A DNA stretch of 64,000 nucleotides, from sequence record DRR723986_5794, one strand, 5' to 3'. Position numbers and translations under genes: made by a program. The notes below the pieces were generated by a model. It was not told the origin of the DNA, ran no database searches, and saw only the letters and a program-made list of their open reading frames with translations. Shown here one piece after another: positions 38,409 to 47,883 of the stretch. Every line of letters begins with the position of its first letter. The first letter of the stretch is position 1.

Positions 38409-39257
38409 CTATTTAATAAAAATTATATTGTCTTCATATCCTTTTGGTAATTCACTTATGCTCTTCAATCCGAAAGGCCACCCTTTAGGTAAAAATGGTT
38501 TGAAACCTAAACCTGTGACTTCATTGTACAATTCTTCACTCGTATATCCCGCTTTAGAACAATTATCCTCCATAATCTCCATTATTAGAATCATGTTTTT
38601 TGAACGTTCGATAATATTTTTTGCTCCTTTTAAAAAAGCTAACTCTGCACCTTCGATATCAACTTTCATTAAGTCAATAGATTTTATATTGTTCTCATCA
38701 CAATAGGTATCTAAAGTTTTAATTTCAACTTCTGCAGATTCAGAATCTTGGGAATTCGAACTATAGATATTTGCCGAACCCGTATTTTTATGATTGTAAT
38801 TAAGAGTGAAAGAGCCCGGTTGATCGCCTAATCCAATTTTATTTAAAGAGATGGTTTTCTTCAATTCAGGATTTAGAGCTAAATTTTTTTCTAAAAATCT
38901 TAAGGTATAAGGGTTAGGTTCGAAACAATGAATTTGATGTTCTTTACTAGATAAATGTTTAGCCAGGGTTAAGCTAAAGAAACCGATATTGGTGCCCACA
39001 TCTATACACGTTATGGATTCGGACTCTACGCTGTCAATTAATCGCAACATTTGTCGAACTGTGTTTTGTTCATACGAATCAAACAGGAATATCTGCTTCA
39101 TCTGATATTCATTTAGATCAAGATGAAATTTTACTCCTTGTGAGTTTTTATACTCCATTGGACTTTCAAACTTGCTCATATCAACTTTACGGGCCATTTT
39201 GCCTTTCATTTGATTAAGAGGAAATTTTCGTAAATAACTAAGAAGTAAGCTGCTCAT
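38409..39257 (-). CDS. FkbM family methyltransferase
   Basis: IDVGTNIG, CFEPNP and DLMKVDIEGAE motifs. Confidence 0.92.
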   Translation of the reverse strand: MSSLLLSYLRKFPLNQMKGKMARKVDMSKFESPMEYKNSQGVKFHLDLNEYQMKQIFLFDSYEQNTVRQMLRLIDSVESESITCIDVGTNIGFFSLTLAKHLSSKEHQIHCFEPNPYTLRFLEKNLALNPELKKTISLNKIGLGDQPGSFTLNYNHKNTGSANIYSSNSQDSESAEVEIKTLDTYCDENNIKSIDLMKVDIEGAELAFLKGAKNIIERSKNMILIMEIMEDNCSKAGYTSEELYNEVTGLGFKPFLPKGWPFGLKSISELPKGYEDNIIFIK

Positions 39258-39279
39258 TTAATTTATTTCTGTGTTTCGA

Positions 39280-41355
39280 TTAATCGATAAAAACCTTTTT
39301 TGTAATGACATGGCCATCATAGGAAATCAAACGTACTATAAAAATACCATCAGTCAAAGCTTGGAAACGTATCACCTCATCTTTGCTATGTCCAAAACTT
39401 TCATGGACTTTTGATCCATTTACGGAAAAAACTTGGAGGTGATAATCAGATAAATCTGTATAGATTAATAACCCATCCGTCTGGCCCGTTATTATTACAT
39501 GACCGCTATAGATTGGAATATTTGAACAATCTAGAAGAGCCACATATATGGAGTCTGTTGTTGCACAAACTGAATTGGTTACATGAACAGTGTATATGCC
39601 TGTTGTTGAAACTGTTAGGACTGAATCATTTAGTACAGGTCCTCCTCCCCAATCATAAAATTCTCCTTCAGAACCGGCATTTATTGTATATACCGAATCG
39701 CAAGTTGAAACAGCTGAATCTAAGTCAACAATAACTGAATCTATCAATAAATAATAGGTAAGTGTATCAGAAACAAAACCATTATTAACTACGCACCATA
39801 CTGAATCAATTCCAGAATTAACAAAGGCAAGAGTATCTCCAGTGCTGCTTGGACTAACATCATTATTTAAATACCACTCATGAATTAGTGGAGAACCAAA
39901 GCAATTTGGAACTGAAACGACTACGTCCTCATTTAAGCAGAAATCGAGTGAATCGTTTTCTAAATCTAGAGGAGGATAAATCTTTGCGAAGAGTGCGTCA
40001 AACTTGGACACAGGCGCCACGATTGAGGCGTCACCGTTGAAATCGTAATTTCCTTTTGCTCTTGCAGCGATATAAAGATCTCCAAATTTACTTTCTAATA
40101 ATAGATAGCCCTGAGCGCTATGTGTTCCTGTTGGGTCTAGGCTCCACAATGAATCACCGTCTGTATTATAAGCGATTATCCTCACTTCTCCTTTACTTGA
40201 GGATGTAAAATAGTCATATCCAGCGTAGCCACCAGTAACTACTAAGTTTCCTTTTTTATTTTTCACTATTGAATGATGTTCATCTGCTTTGAGACTTTTC
40301 ACATCTTTAACCCATAAGCATGATGAACCATCTAAAGAATACTTGGCTAAAAATGCATCACGACTATTTAAAAAACCAGGTCCGGAGATAGTTTCAGAAT
40401 TAGAAAAAACGGTCACCGTGTCGAAATAAGCTTCATGCCCATAAGATCCTACTACAAAAATTGCATCTTCATCCTGAACTAAATCCAAGCATTCATCATA
40501 ACCATTTCCTCCAGCAGTTTCTATCCACTCTATAGTACCGCTAGTATCCATTTTACCAAAAAACATATCCTCCCATGAGGTCGAATATGAGTTAGCTGTG
40601 ATTGATGAAAATTGAACAGTACCCCTGATTTGACCACCAAACAATATTTTGTCATTATAAATTTCTAATGCACTGAGTTCAGTGTTTGCTCCACCACTTA
40701 CATTTGAAGGACCGTTGCACCAAATAATTGAGCCGTTGGTGTCCATTTTTAGTAGGAAATATCCAGGATCAACAAGTGTACCGATACTGTAATTCATATT
40801 TCCACTTTGAACACCCCCAATGTAGAGGAATCCGTTCTTGTCTGACTGAATTTCAACTCCGTAATTGGCGTTATCACCTTGAAAAGTATTAACCCATATA
40901 ATATTACCGTTGGCGTCATATTTTGCAACAAACATATCTCCTGCTGCATCACTTAGGACCCCAATCGAACCAAAATACGCTGAATCACTGGTAATACCCG
41001 TAACATATATGAAATCGTTTTCATCAACAGCAACACCATTAGCATAATCAGACCCCGTTCCACCTTCTGCAAAAGCCCATAGAAAATTCCCACTTGTATC
41101 CATTTTTGAAACAAAAACATCCCTTGAGCCAGCGAAATACCCTCCGTTCACGATTGAATCGGTTCCATAGAAATCTGCCTGTGCCCGATACCTTCCAACT
41201 CCATATATAAACTCCTGACTTGAATCAAATTCAAGATCAAAACAATAATGATTAGCACCTCCACCTTCAAGTTTATTCACCCAATCCCAATTTTGAGAAA
41301 ACGAGTAAAAAAAAGCTGTATTCAACAACATAACAAGAAATGCGATATTTTTCAT
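39280..41355 (-). CDS. T9SS type A cargo with SBBP-like beta-propeller repeats and Ig-like stalk
   Basis: Signal peptide SFS-Q; repeated D.F..K.D..G...W units; C-terminal VFSVNG..GIFIV..KKVFID CTD-like tail. Confidence 0.8.
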   Translation of the reverse strand: MKNIAFLVMLLNTAFFYSFSQNWDWVNKLEGGGANHYCFDLEFDSSQEFIYGVGRYRAQADFYGTDSIVNGGYFAGSRDVFVSKMDTSGNFLWAFAEGGTGSDYANGVAVDENDFIYVTGITSDSAYFGSIGVLSDAAGDMFVAKYDANGNIIWVNTFQGDNANYGVEIQSDKNGFLYIGGVQSGNMNYSIGTLVDPGYFLLKMDTNGSIIWCNGPSNVSGGANTELSALEIYNDKILFGGQIRGTVQFSSITANSYSTSWEDMFFGKMDTSGTIEWIETAGGNGYDECLDLVQDEDAIFVVGSYGHEAYFDTVTVFSNSETISGPGFLNSRDAFLAKYSLDGSSCLWVKDVKSLKADEHHSIVKNKKGNLVVTGGYAGYDYFTSSSKGEVRIIAYNTDGDSLWSLDPTGTHSAQGYLLLESKFGDLYIAARAKGNYDFNGDASIVAPVSKFDALFAKIYPPLDLENDSLDFCLNEDVVVSVPNCFGSPLIHEWYLNNDVSPSSTGDTLAFVNSGIDSVWCVVNNGFVSDTLTYYLLIDSVIVDLDSAVSTCDSVYTINAGSEGEFYDWGGGPVLNDSVLTVSTTGIYTVHVTNSVCATTDSIYVALLDCSNIPIYSGHVIITGQTDGLLIYTDLSDYHLQVFSVNGSKVHESFGHSKDEVIRFQALTDGIFIVRLISYDGHVITKKVFID

Positions 41356-41394
41356 TTGATAAAGTAAGTTTTCACTAAAATACTGATAATTCCA

Positions 41395-43782
41395 TTAATC
41401 ATCATTTTGATCACTACCGTATCCTGACCCATAGCCATAACCGTATCCACTTGCATAAGAATAACGATATGAGTATTTATATGAATATTTACTATAGTAA
41501 TAACTGAATTTACTTTGTCTTATTCCATTTAATATTAAACCGGTGCTCAAGTTCTCATGTCTCGACAAAAAGTCTTCGATCGTTTGCACGCCTCTTTTAC
41601 GTGCAAAATTTGAATTCAGAACAGCAATAAATACGTCAGCGTGTTTACCCAACTCTATTGAATCGCTTAATAGTCCAAATGGAGGGGTGTCAATTATTAG
41701 ATAATCATAGTTTTTATTAGCAAACTCAAAAAATTCTTTAATGGTTTCTTGCAATATTAATTCTGACGGATTTGGAGGAATTGGACCTGAAGGAATAATA
41801 TCCAAATTTTCGATTAAATTATCTGCAATTACATCCTCTATTTTATTTGAACCTATTAAAAAATTAGTCATTCCTATTTGATTATCCAACTCAAAAGATT
41901 TGTGGACTTTAGGTTTATGGAGATCCAGGTCTACAAGTAAAACTTTCTTTTCTGATTTAGCTAAGATTGTTGCCAAATTGGATGAACAAAACGTTTTTCC
42001 TTCACCAGGAAAAAAAGAAGAAATTAATATTTTCTTTGCTCCAGTATAATTCCCAAGAAAAGAAATATTTGTCCTCAGGTTTCTAAAACTTTCAGTGATT
42101 TGAGCTTTAGGTTGATCGACCACTACTATATCTTTAGTTAAGCCTTTCAACCAAGGCAAACCACCAAGTACTGGAATAGTGCTGATTTCTTTTAATTCAT
42201 GAACGCTTTCAATTTTTTCAAAGAATAACCTTCTGACAACAGCAATAACTAGGGCAATTATAACCCCCATCAAGGTGAATAAATTACGAACTCTCGTTTT
42301 GTTTGGGCCTGTTACTCCTATTGAAGCTGCTGTTTCAATTATTTGGACTTGCGGTATGATACCAGCCCTAGCAATTAAAGTATTCGTTTTTTTCTCTAAT
42401 AAAAACAAATACATTTTATTATTCACTTCTAATTCTCGTCTTATATTTTCCACACCTTGCAGTGACCTTGGAATACCTTGGACATCTGATTTATATTGAG
42501 CTATTAGTTTATTGTTTTCGATAATTTGTAAACCAATTGCTTTTTGGAGGTTTTTCAAGTAGACAAGGATATCCTTACGCATTATATCAAGATCGTTTTT
42601 CATCTTGACTACTGTAGGGTGGTCTTCCGTAACGTTCAAAATACTTTCTGAAATGCTCAATTGTAAGGTATAATACTCGGTCACTTTTGTTTGGAGATAC
42701 ACGTCATTTTGTAAAACATAAAAAGATGGAGGTAGGAGTCTATCGTCACTTGAATTTTTTATATAATCTTCTAATAAATTTACCGAACTAAGTTGATTTT
42801 GAAATTCAACATTTTTATCAGTATAGGTTACAAACAATTTGAAATAGGCATCTTCTTCCTTTGTTAGATGAATAATATCATTTTCATTCTTATATTTTAA
42901 TAATTCGGCTTCGATATTTACCAGTATTTTCTGAACCTCATCTATTTGTTTTTCTATGTTATCAAGGGTATTCTTATTAATTGCAAGTTGGCTTCTTTGT
43001 GAGTAGTCAATAAAGACTGCAGATAATGTATCAAGGAAGACCTTCGCCCTTGCTTCAATATCATCAGTTACATTAACCTCAAGAATACTCGTATATTCAA
43101 TATTTTCAATTGCCATACGACTTTTAAAATGATCAATCATATAGGCTTTAGAGTGGACGATCATCTCGTAATCAGGGGCTAAAATCTTATCCAGATCACC
43201 TTTCGAAAAACTATAATTTTTCTCCAAAACTAATCTAAAATCAGTTGTTATTAAATCTTGTCCAAAAACTCCATTCTCCTGATGCAACACACCTCCCAGT
43301 TCATAATTTAAGACATAATTATTTTCATTTTCAATTTTTATTTGGATGGGCGTCTCATACATTTGGATTTCGTTGTAAATCTCAACTTCGGCTCTAAATG
43401 GCAGTGTTCCAAAAACTTCTTTTCTTTTTAATCGACCAATGATATAATACGAAATATTGACATCCATTTTGTCAACTACCTCTTCAATTAAATCTCTAGA
43501 TTGCAGAATTCTGATTTGGTTGCTAACATCCATGTACATCCCATAAGCACCTAATCCCTTATAAATTGGGTCCTGGTAATCATAAGTTTCATTTGATTTT
43601 AAAAGCAACTGGGCCTTTGCTCCGTAAATATCAGATAAACGATAAACATAGATGTATCCAATTGAATATGCAATTGCTGGTAAAATAATCAGCAGGGCTA
43701 AATTCTTCCTAATCAGCTTCCAAATAGAAAGAATATCTTTCAATTCGATTAATTTATTTGTCGATTGTATGTGATTAGCCAT
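41395..43782 (-). CDS. wzc: Polysaccharide co-polymerase / BY-kinase (Wzc/GumC family)
   Basis: Two TM helices around a large periplasmic coiled region, ESFRNLRTN, Walker A PGEGKT, DLDL, IIDTPP and a Tyr-rich tail YYYSKYSYKYSYRYSYASGYGYGY. Confidence 0.93.
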   Translation of the reverse strand: MANHIQSTNKLIELKDILSIWKLIRKNLALLIILPAIAYSIGYIYVYRLSDIYGAKAQLLLKSNETYDYQDPIYKGLGAYGMYMDVSNQIRILQSRDLIEEVVDKMDVNISYYIIGRLKRKEVFGTLPFRAEVEIYNEIQMYETPIQIKIENENNYVLNYELGGVLHQENGVFGQDLITTDFRLVLEKNYSFSKGDLDKILAPDYEMIVHSKAYMIDHFKSRMAIENIEYTSILEVNVTDDIEARAKVFLDTLSAVFIDYSQRSQLAINKNTLDNIEKQIDEVQKILVNIEAELLKYKNENDIIHLTKEEDAYFKLFVTYTDKNVEFQNQLSSVNLLEDYIKNSSDDRLLPPSFYVLQNDVYLQTKVTEYYTLQLSISESILNVTEDHPTVVKMKNDLDIMRKDILVYLKNLQKAIGLQIIENNKLIAQYKSDVQGIPRSLQGVENIRRELEVNNKMYLFLLEKKTNTLIARAGIIPQVQIIETAASIGVTGPNKTRVRNLFTLMGVIIALVIAVVRRLFFEKIESVHELKEISTIPVLGGLPWLKGLTKDIVVVDQPKAQITESFRNLRTNISFLGNYTGAKKILISSFFPGEGKTFCSSNLATILAKSEKKVLLVDLDLHKPKVHKSFELDNQIGMTNFLIGSNKIEDVIADNLIENLDIIPSGPIPPNPSELILQETIKEFFEFANKNYDYLIIDTPPFGLLSDSIELGKHADVFIAVLNSNFARKRGVQTIEDFLSRHENLSTGLILNGIRQSKFSYYYSKYSYKYSYRYSYASGYGYGYGSGYGSDQNDD

Positions 43783-43945
43783 TATTTATTTTAAAGTGTA
43801 AAAGTACTGAGTATCTTTCAATTTACTTCATTAGTAGTTTAGGTCATCAACACATACGATTAGTAATGAAATTTGTTACAATCCAACCCTAGTCTGATTA
43901 CCAACATCTTAACTTTGAATAATTGCCTATTTTAATTATTTAGGT

Positions 43946-43953
43946 TATATTTG
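43946..43953 (+). promoter_or_regulatory. -7 promoter element TATATTTG for the T9SS cargo/exosortase unit
   Basis: Exact TAnnTTTG match 29 bp before ATG 43983; TTG at 43923-43925 gives 20-bp spacing. Confidence 0.55.
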
Positions 43954-43982
43954 TTGATACTCTTAAAATAAACTGTAACTCT

Positions 43983-46900
43983 ATGTCTAAGTTCTTATTA
44001 TCCAGTGCCTCTATTTTGTTTTTAATAGGAAGTACAACCTTCGCTCAAACTGGGCCAGGTGGTATTGGCGACAACACTACTGCTCCTTTTTGGCTAGACG
44101 CTCATACAATGGGAGGGGCGAATGGATCAAAAATTTCAAGCTGGACTGATTATTCGGGAAATAATAATAATGCTGTCGAATCTGATCCAACTTATCAGCC
44201 GACTTATGTTACTGGGTCTCTAAACGGCAGAAATGCTTTAGACTTTAATAAGGGACATTATTTAACTGCCGGTGCAGAGAGTAACATGAATAGTTTGTCT
44301 TACTTCAGCTACTATATGGTTGGGACGATTGAAACAGCAAACACCCTTGGATTTCCATTTAGCGTGGATTATGGAACGGTCGCACCCGACAATGCCTTTT
44401 GCGGCTTTTGGGTATCCTCTAATGAGATCACGGCATACGCTAGAAGAGGTAACCCAATTTTAAAAACTTCCTTTCCAACTTTTACAGGACTTAATGTTTT
44501 TCAAGGCACTTATGACAAAGCGATCAACACACTATCTGCTACCCGTAATTGGACATTAGACTCTGACACCATTCAAACACTGCGATCAACAACAGCCAAT
44601 CATGAGGAATTCTGGATTGGTGGAACAAATAGTGCAGGAACACAACATTATTATTCTGATGCAAAAATTGGTGAAATTTTCGTTTTTACTTTTGACCTCA
44701 ATTCTACCCAACAAAAAATATTAGAAAACTACATTTCTGCTAAATACGGAACAGCAACTTCAAGTGACATGTATACTTTCGAAGGAACCTATGGATTGGG
44801 AGTAGTTGGAATCGGTCAGGATAACGTTGCTACTGCACACACCGACTCACAAGGTAATGGAATGGTAAGAATAAGTTCACCTGACGATTTACAAGATGGG
44901 GAATACTTGTTCATTGGACATGATGATGTTGAGGTTACTTCTTTCAACTTAAATACAAATGTACCAACAGTAATTGCGTCTTCGGCTTCAAGATTTGTTA
45001 GACAATGGAGAGCTGAAAAAACAGGTAATTTGGGCAACATCACATTAAAATTTGACCTTGATGCATCAACCAATTTTTCATCTGACCCTAACAATTATAG
45101 ATTATTAATTCACAGTTCACCCGACATGAGTGGGACTATTGACCATGTTCTTTCTGGCACTTATAACGCTGGAGAAGAGTCGATTACCTTTACAAATGTT
45201 GATTTAAATACTGGTGATTACTTCACATTGGCAGGGGATACACCAGATGAAATTCACTCAATCACAGATGGTGGATGGAATACACCTGGAACATGGGATT
45301 GTACTTGTATCCCAACAGCATTTAATGAAGTTTATATTGACCCTGGAACGAACGTGACTGTTGACGTTGACGCGAATGCTTATGGACTTTACGTTGAGGC
45401 AGGTGGAAATTTAATTATGAACGCACCGTTTACTTTAAATATTTTTGATGCCTTTGAAATTGCCAATTCAGGAACAATAGATTTCACTGATGGAAAAGTT
45501 GCAATGGTCGGTAATACTGACCAGGGAATTAATGCTTTCGGAGCAACAGTTGATTTTCATGATTTAGAAATAAACAACTCAACTGGAAGCAATGTTGATT
45601 TGTTCTCATCTGTTTATCAATTAAACGGAAGCTTACTTATGGAAAAAGGACACCTGATTATTGACAATTCAGCCGGTGGTTTGTTTGTAGTTCGATCTAC
45701 GTCACCGACAACCTCTGGAAGAATTGGAGAAATAAAACCAGGAACAACCATTTCAGGAAACGTAAGAGTTGAACGATTTATTACTGGAGGAACTGCAGAT
45801 TGGAGAAATATGTCATCACCAATCGCAAATGCAACATTAGATGATTGGGATGCTGAAATGTTTATGTCTGGTACTGGCTTTCCTGATGGATGTGCTTATG
45901 GCCCAGATGGATGTTTTTTCTCAGTGAAAGAACATAAAGTTGGACAATTTTATGATGTTACTGATCCGAACCTGCCTTTAGTTCCTGGTAGAGGTTATGA
46001 AGTTTTTGTAGGAGATGATTTAAACTCATTCTCAGGAGTAACGGTAAATACTAATGGCCAATTAAACACAAGTGCTGATGTGAATATCTCATACTCTCAT
46101 GACTGGAATACTCTAGGTAATCCTTACGCCTCACCAATCTTGTTTTCGACTGTTCAAAAATTCTCAACAACTGGCGACTATTTCTACGTTTATGATGCTA
46201 CAACGGGAGGCTATCAATGGTATGATGGTTCTTCAAACACAAGCAGTATTCCAGAATTGGCAAATGGTAGACTAGCCTCAGGACAAGGGTTTTGGACTAA
46301 TGGATGGGGAACAATGACATTTAAACAATCTGATAAGGTTGACGAAACGGCTACTTTTATACGTAATAGCGAGACTCCTGACAACGCACTTTATTTGACA
46401 TTGAACGAATCTCAATCAACTTATTCTACAACAATCAGTTTTGCTGAAAGCGCGATTTGTCTAGATGGATTTGATACAATTCAAGACATCAAACATTTAA
46501 GTATGGGGAATGAGAAATGTCCTACTCTTGCAATTGAGACTTCTGAAGATTTATTGAGAAAAAACTGGATGAACTCTGAGGTAAAAGACAAGACTTATGA
46601 TTTATACTCTAAATTCTTAAATGAAGGTTATTACACGATTGAAGCTACTAATTTGACTCATTTCAATAGCTATGGAAGAGTCATGTTATTTGATTCTGAA
46701 ACACAGGAATTTGTTAATTTGAAAGAAAATCCGAATTACACCTTTTATGCAGAAGTTGGAGAATCCAATAGATTTAGTATCGTATTCTCCAACAATCAAG
46801 ATCTTGGAATAGAAGAAGTAGGAGCAGCTTCTATAAATGAATTAAGCAATGACCTAACAATTGTTCAAATGAACAATGTGATTAACATCAAATCAACAAA

Positions 46901-47081
46901 AAATATAGAGAATGCCAATATCGTTTTGTATAATGTTTTAGGGCAAGAAGAGATTAGGTTTGATGTAAACACGTTAAATTCGGGAGACAACCTTTTCACG
47001 ATTCCTTCAGATATAAGCGGAGTTCGCATTTTATCAATATTCGAAAATGGAAACCGTGTTTCCAAAAAACTCGTATTTTAG
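43983..47081 (+). CDS. Large T9SS type A cargo protein (LamG/concanavalin-like N-terminus, beta-rich core)
   Basis: Signal peptide TFA-Q; WLDA..SWTDYSGNNN; WNTPGTW; WNTLGNPYASPI; CTD-like LYNVLGQ..SGV....KKLVF. Confidence 0.85.
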   Translation: MSKFLLSSASILFLIGSTTFAQTGPGGIGDNTTAPFWLDAHTMGGANGSKISSWTDYSGNNNNAVESDPTYQPTYVTGSLNGRNALDFNKGHYLTAGAESNMNSLSYFSYYMVGTIETANTLGFPFSVDYGTVAPDNAFCGFWVSSNEITAYARRGNPILKTSFPTFTGLNVFQGTYDKAINTLSATRNWTLDSDTIQTLRSTTANHEEFWIGGTNSAGTQHYYSDAKIGEIFVFTFDLNSTQQKILENYISAKYGTATSSDMYTFEGTYGLGVVGIGQDNVATAHTDSQGNGMVRISSPDDLQDGEYLFIGHDDVEVTSFNLNTNVPTVIASSASRFVRQWRAEKTGNLGNITLKFDLDASTNFSSDPNNYRLLIHSSPDMSGTIDHVLSGTYNAGEESITFTNVDLNTGDYFTLAGDTPDEIHSITDGGWNTPGTWDCTCIPTAFNEVYIDPGTNVTVDVDANAYGLYVEAGGNLIMNAPFTLNIFDAFEIANSGTIDFTDGKVAMVGNTDQGINAFGATVDFHDLEINNSTGSNVDLFSSVYQLNGSLLMEKGHLIIDNSAGGLFVVRSTSPTTSGRIGEIKPGTTISGNVRVERFITGGTADWRNMSSPIANATLDDWDAEMFMSGTGFPDGCAYGPDGCFFSVKEHKVGQFYDVTDPNLPLVPGRGYEVFVGDDLNSFSGVTVNTNGQLNTSADVNISYSHDWNTLGNPYASPILFSTVQKFSTTGDYFYVYDATTGGYQWYDGSSNTSSIPELANGRLASGQGFWTNGWGTMTFKQSDKVDETATFIRNSETPDNALYLTLNESQSTYSTTISFAESAICLDGFDTIQDIKHLSMGNEKCPTLAIETSEDLLRKNWMNSEVKDKTYDLYSKFLNEGYYTIEATNLTHFNSYGRVMLFDSETQEFVNLKENPNYTFYAEVGESNRFSIVFSNNQDLGIEEVGAASINELSNDLTIVQMNNVINIKSTKNIENANIVLYNVLGQEEIRFDVNTLNSGDNLFTIPSDISGVRILSIFENGNRVSKKLVF

Positions 47082-47096
47082 TAGAAAATTTTGAAA

Positions 47097-47342
47097 ATGA
47101 ATTTTAAAATCTATATATATCGTACGCTTCTTGTTATTGCAGGAGTTTTATTTAACATAGCCCTTTGGGCTCAACCTCCAGGTGGTCCTCCTCCAGGCGG
47201 TGGTGGTTCTACTGGAACCAATCCACCTTGTTGGCAACCTGAATGTGTACCTATTGATGGTGGCGTGGCATTTTTATTAGGCGCTGGTGTCCTATTGGGA
47301 GTTAAAATGATTTATGATCAACGTATTAAAAGTAGAGTCTAA
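47097..47342 (+). CDS. Small PID-CTERM-type sorting-signal peptide (signal peptide + Pro/Gly linker + VPIDGG + TM + basic tail)
   Basis: MNFKIYIYRTLLVIAGVLFNIALWA-QPPGGPPPGGGGSTGTNPPCWQPEC-VPIDGG-VAFLLGAGVLLGV-KMIYDQRIKSRV; directly upstream of an exosortase. Confidence 0.85.
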   Translation: MNFKIYIYRTLLVIAGVLFNIALWAQPPGGPPPGGGGSTGTNPPCWQPECVPIDGGVAFLLGAGVLLGVKMIYDQRIKSRV

Positions 47343-47358
47343 GGCTCTACTTTTTTTC

Positions 47359-47883
47359 ATGAAAAAACTTCTTGAAAATAACATAGTCCGGTTTTTAATA
47401 TTAGCCGCTGGCCTCTATGTCATTTGGTTAATACTGTATTACTTCGTTATTAAAACTCAAACCAATTGGGATTATTATTTGAATTACAATATATGTAAGC
47501 TATCCGACCTATTTTTGGGCTTATTTGCTGTTGATACCTACATAGATATTGAAAGTGATCATGTTGTTTTATTCATGGATGGAGGAAACTATCGTGGAAT
47601 TTGGGTAGGTGATGAATGCAATGGCTTTAAGCTATTTTCAATTTTTACCATTTTTATTCTTGCCTTTCCTGGAAATATAAAAAAGAAAGCTTGGTTTATT
47701 CCGCTGGGACTTGTCATTGTTCATTTAGCCAACGTCATACGAGTTGCGGGCTTGGTTTTAATCAACAACTATTATCCTAAATTTTTAGATTTCAACCATT
47801 TATACACGTTTACGGTATTCGTCTATGGTATCATTTTTCTCCTTTGGTATTGGTTTGCAAAAAAGATAGTAGGGAATGAATAA
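47359..47883 (+). CDS. Exosortase/archaeosortase family protein (XrtX/XrtF-like)
   Basis: Likely start ATG 47359; multi-TM; catalytic Cys (VGDECNG), Arg (ANVIRV) and His (FNHLYTF). Confidence 0.88.
   Translation: MKKLLENNIVRFLILAAGLYVIWLILYYFVIKTQTNWDYYLNYNICKLSDLFLGLFAVDTYIDIESDHVVLFMDGGNYRGIWVGDECNGFKLFSIFTIFILAFPGNIKKKAWFIPLGLVIVHLANVIRVAGLVLINNYYPKFLDFNHLYTFTVFVYGIIFLLWYWFAKKIVGNE

Noticed and set aside
41400-41510. Low-complexity Tyr/Ser/Gly coding stretch
   Set aside because: Explained as the Wzc autophosphorylation tyrosine cluster.
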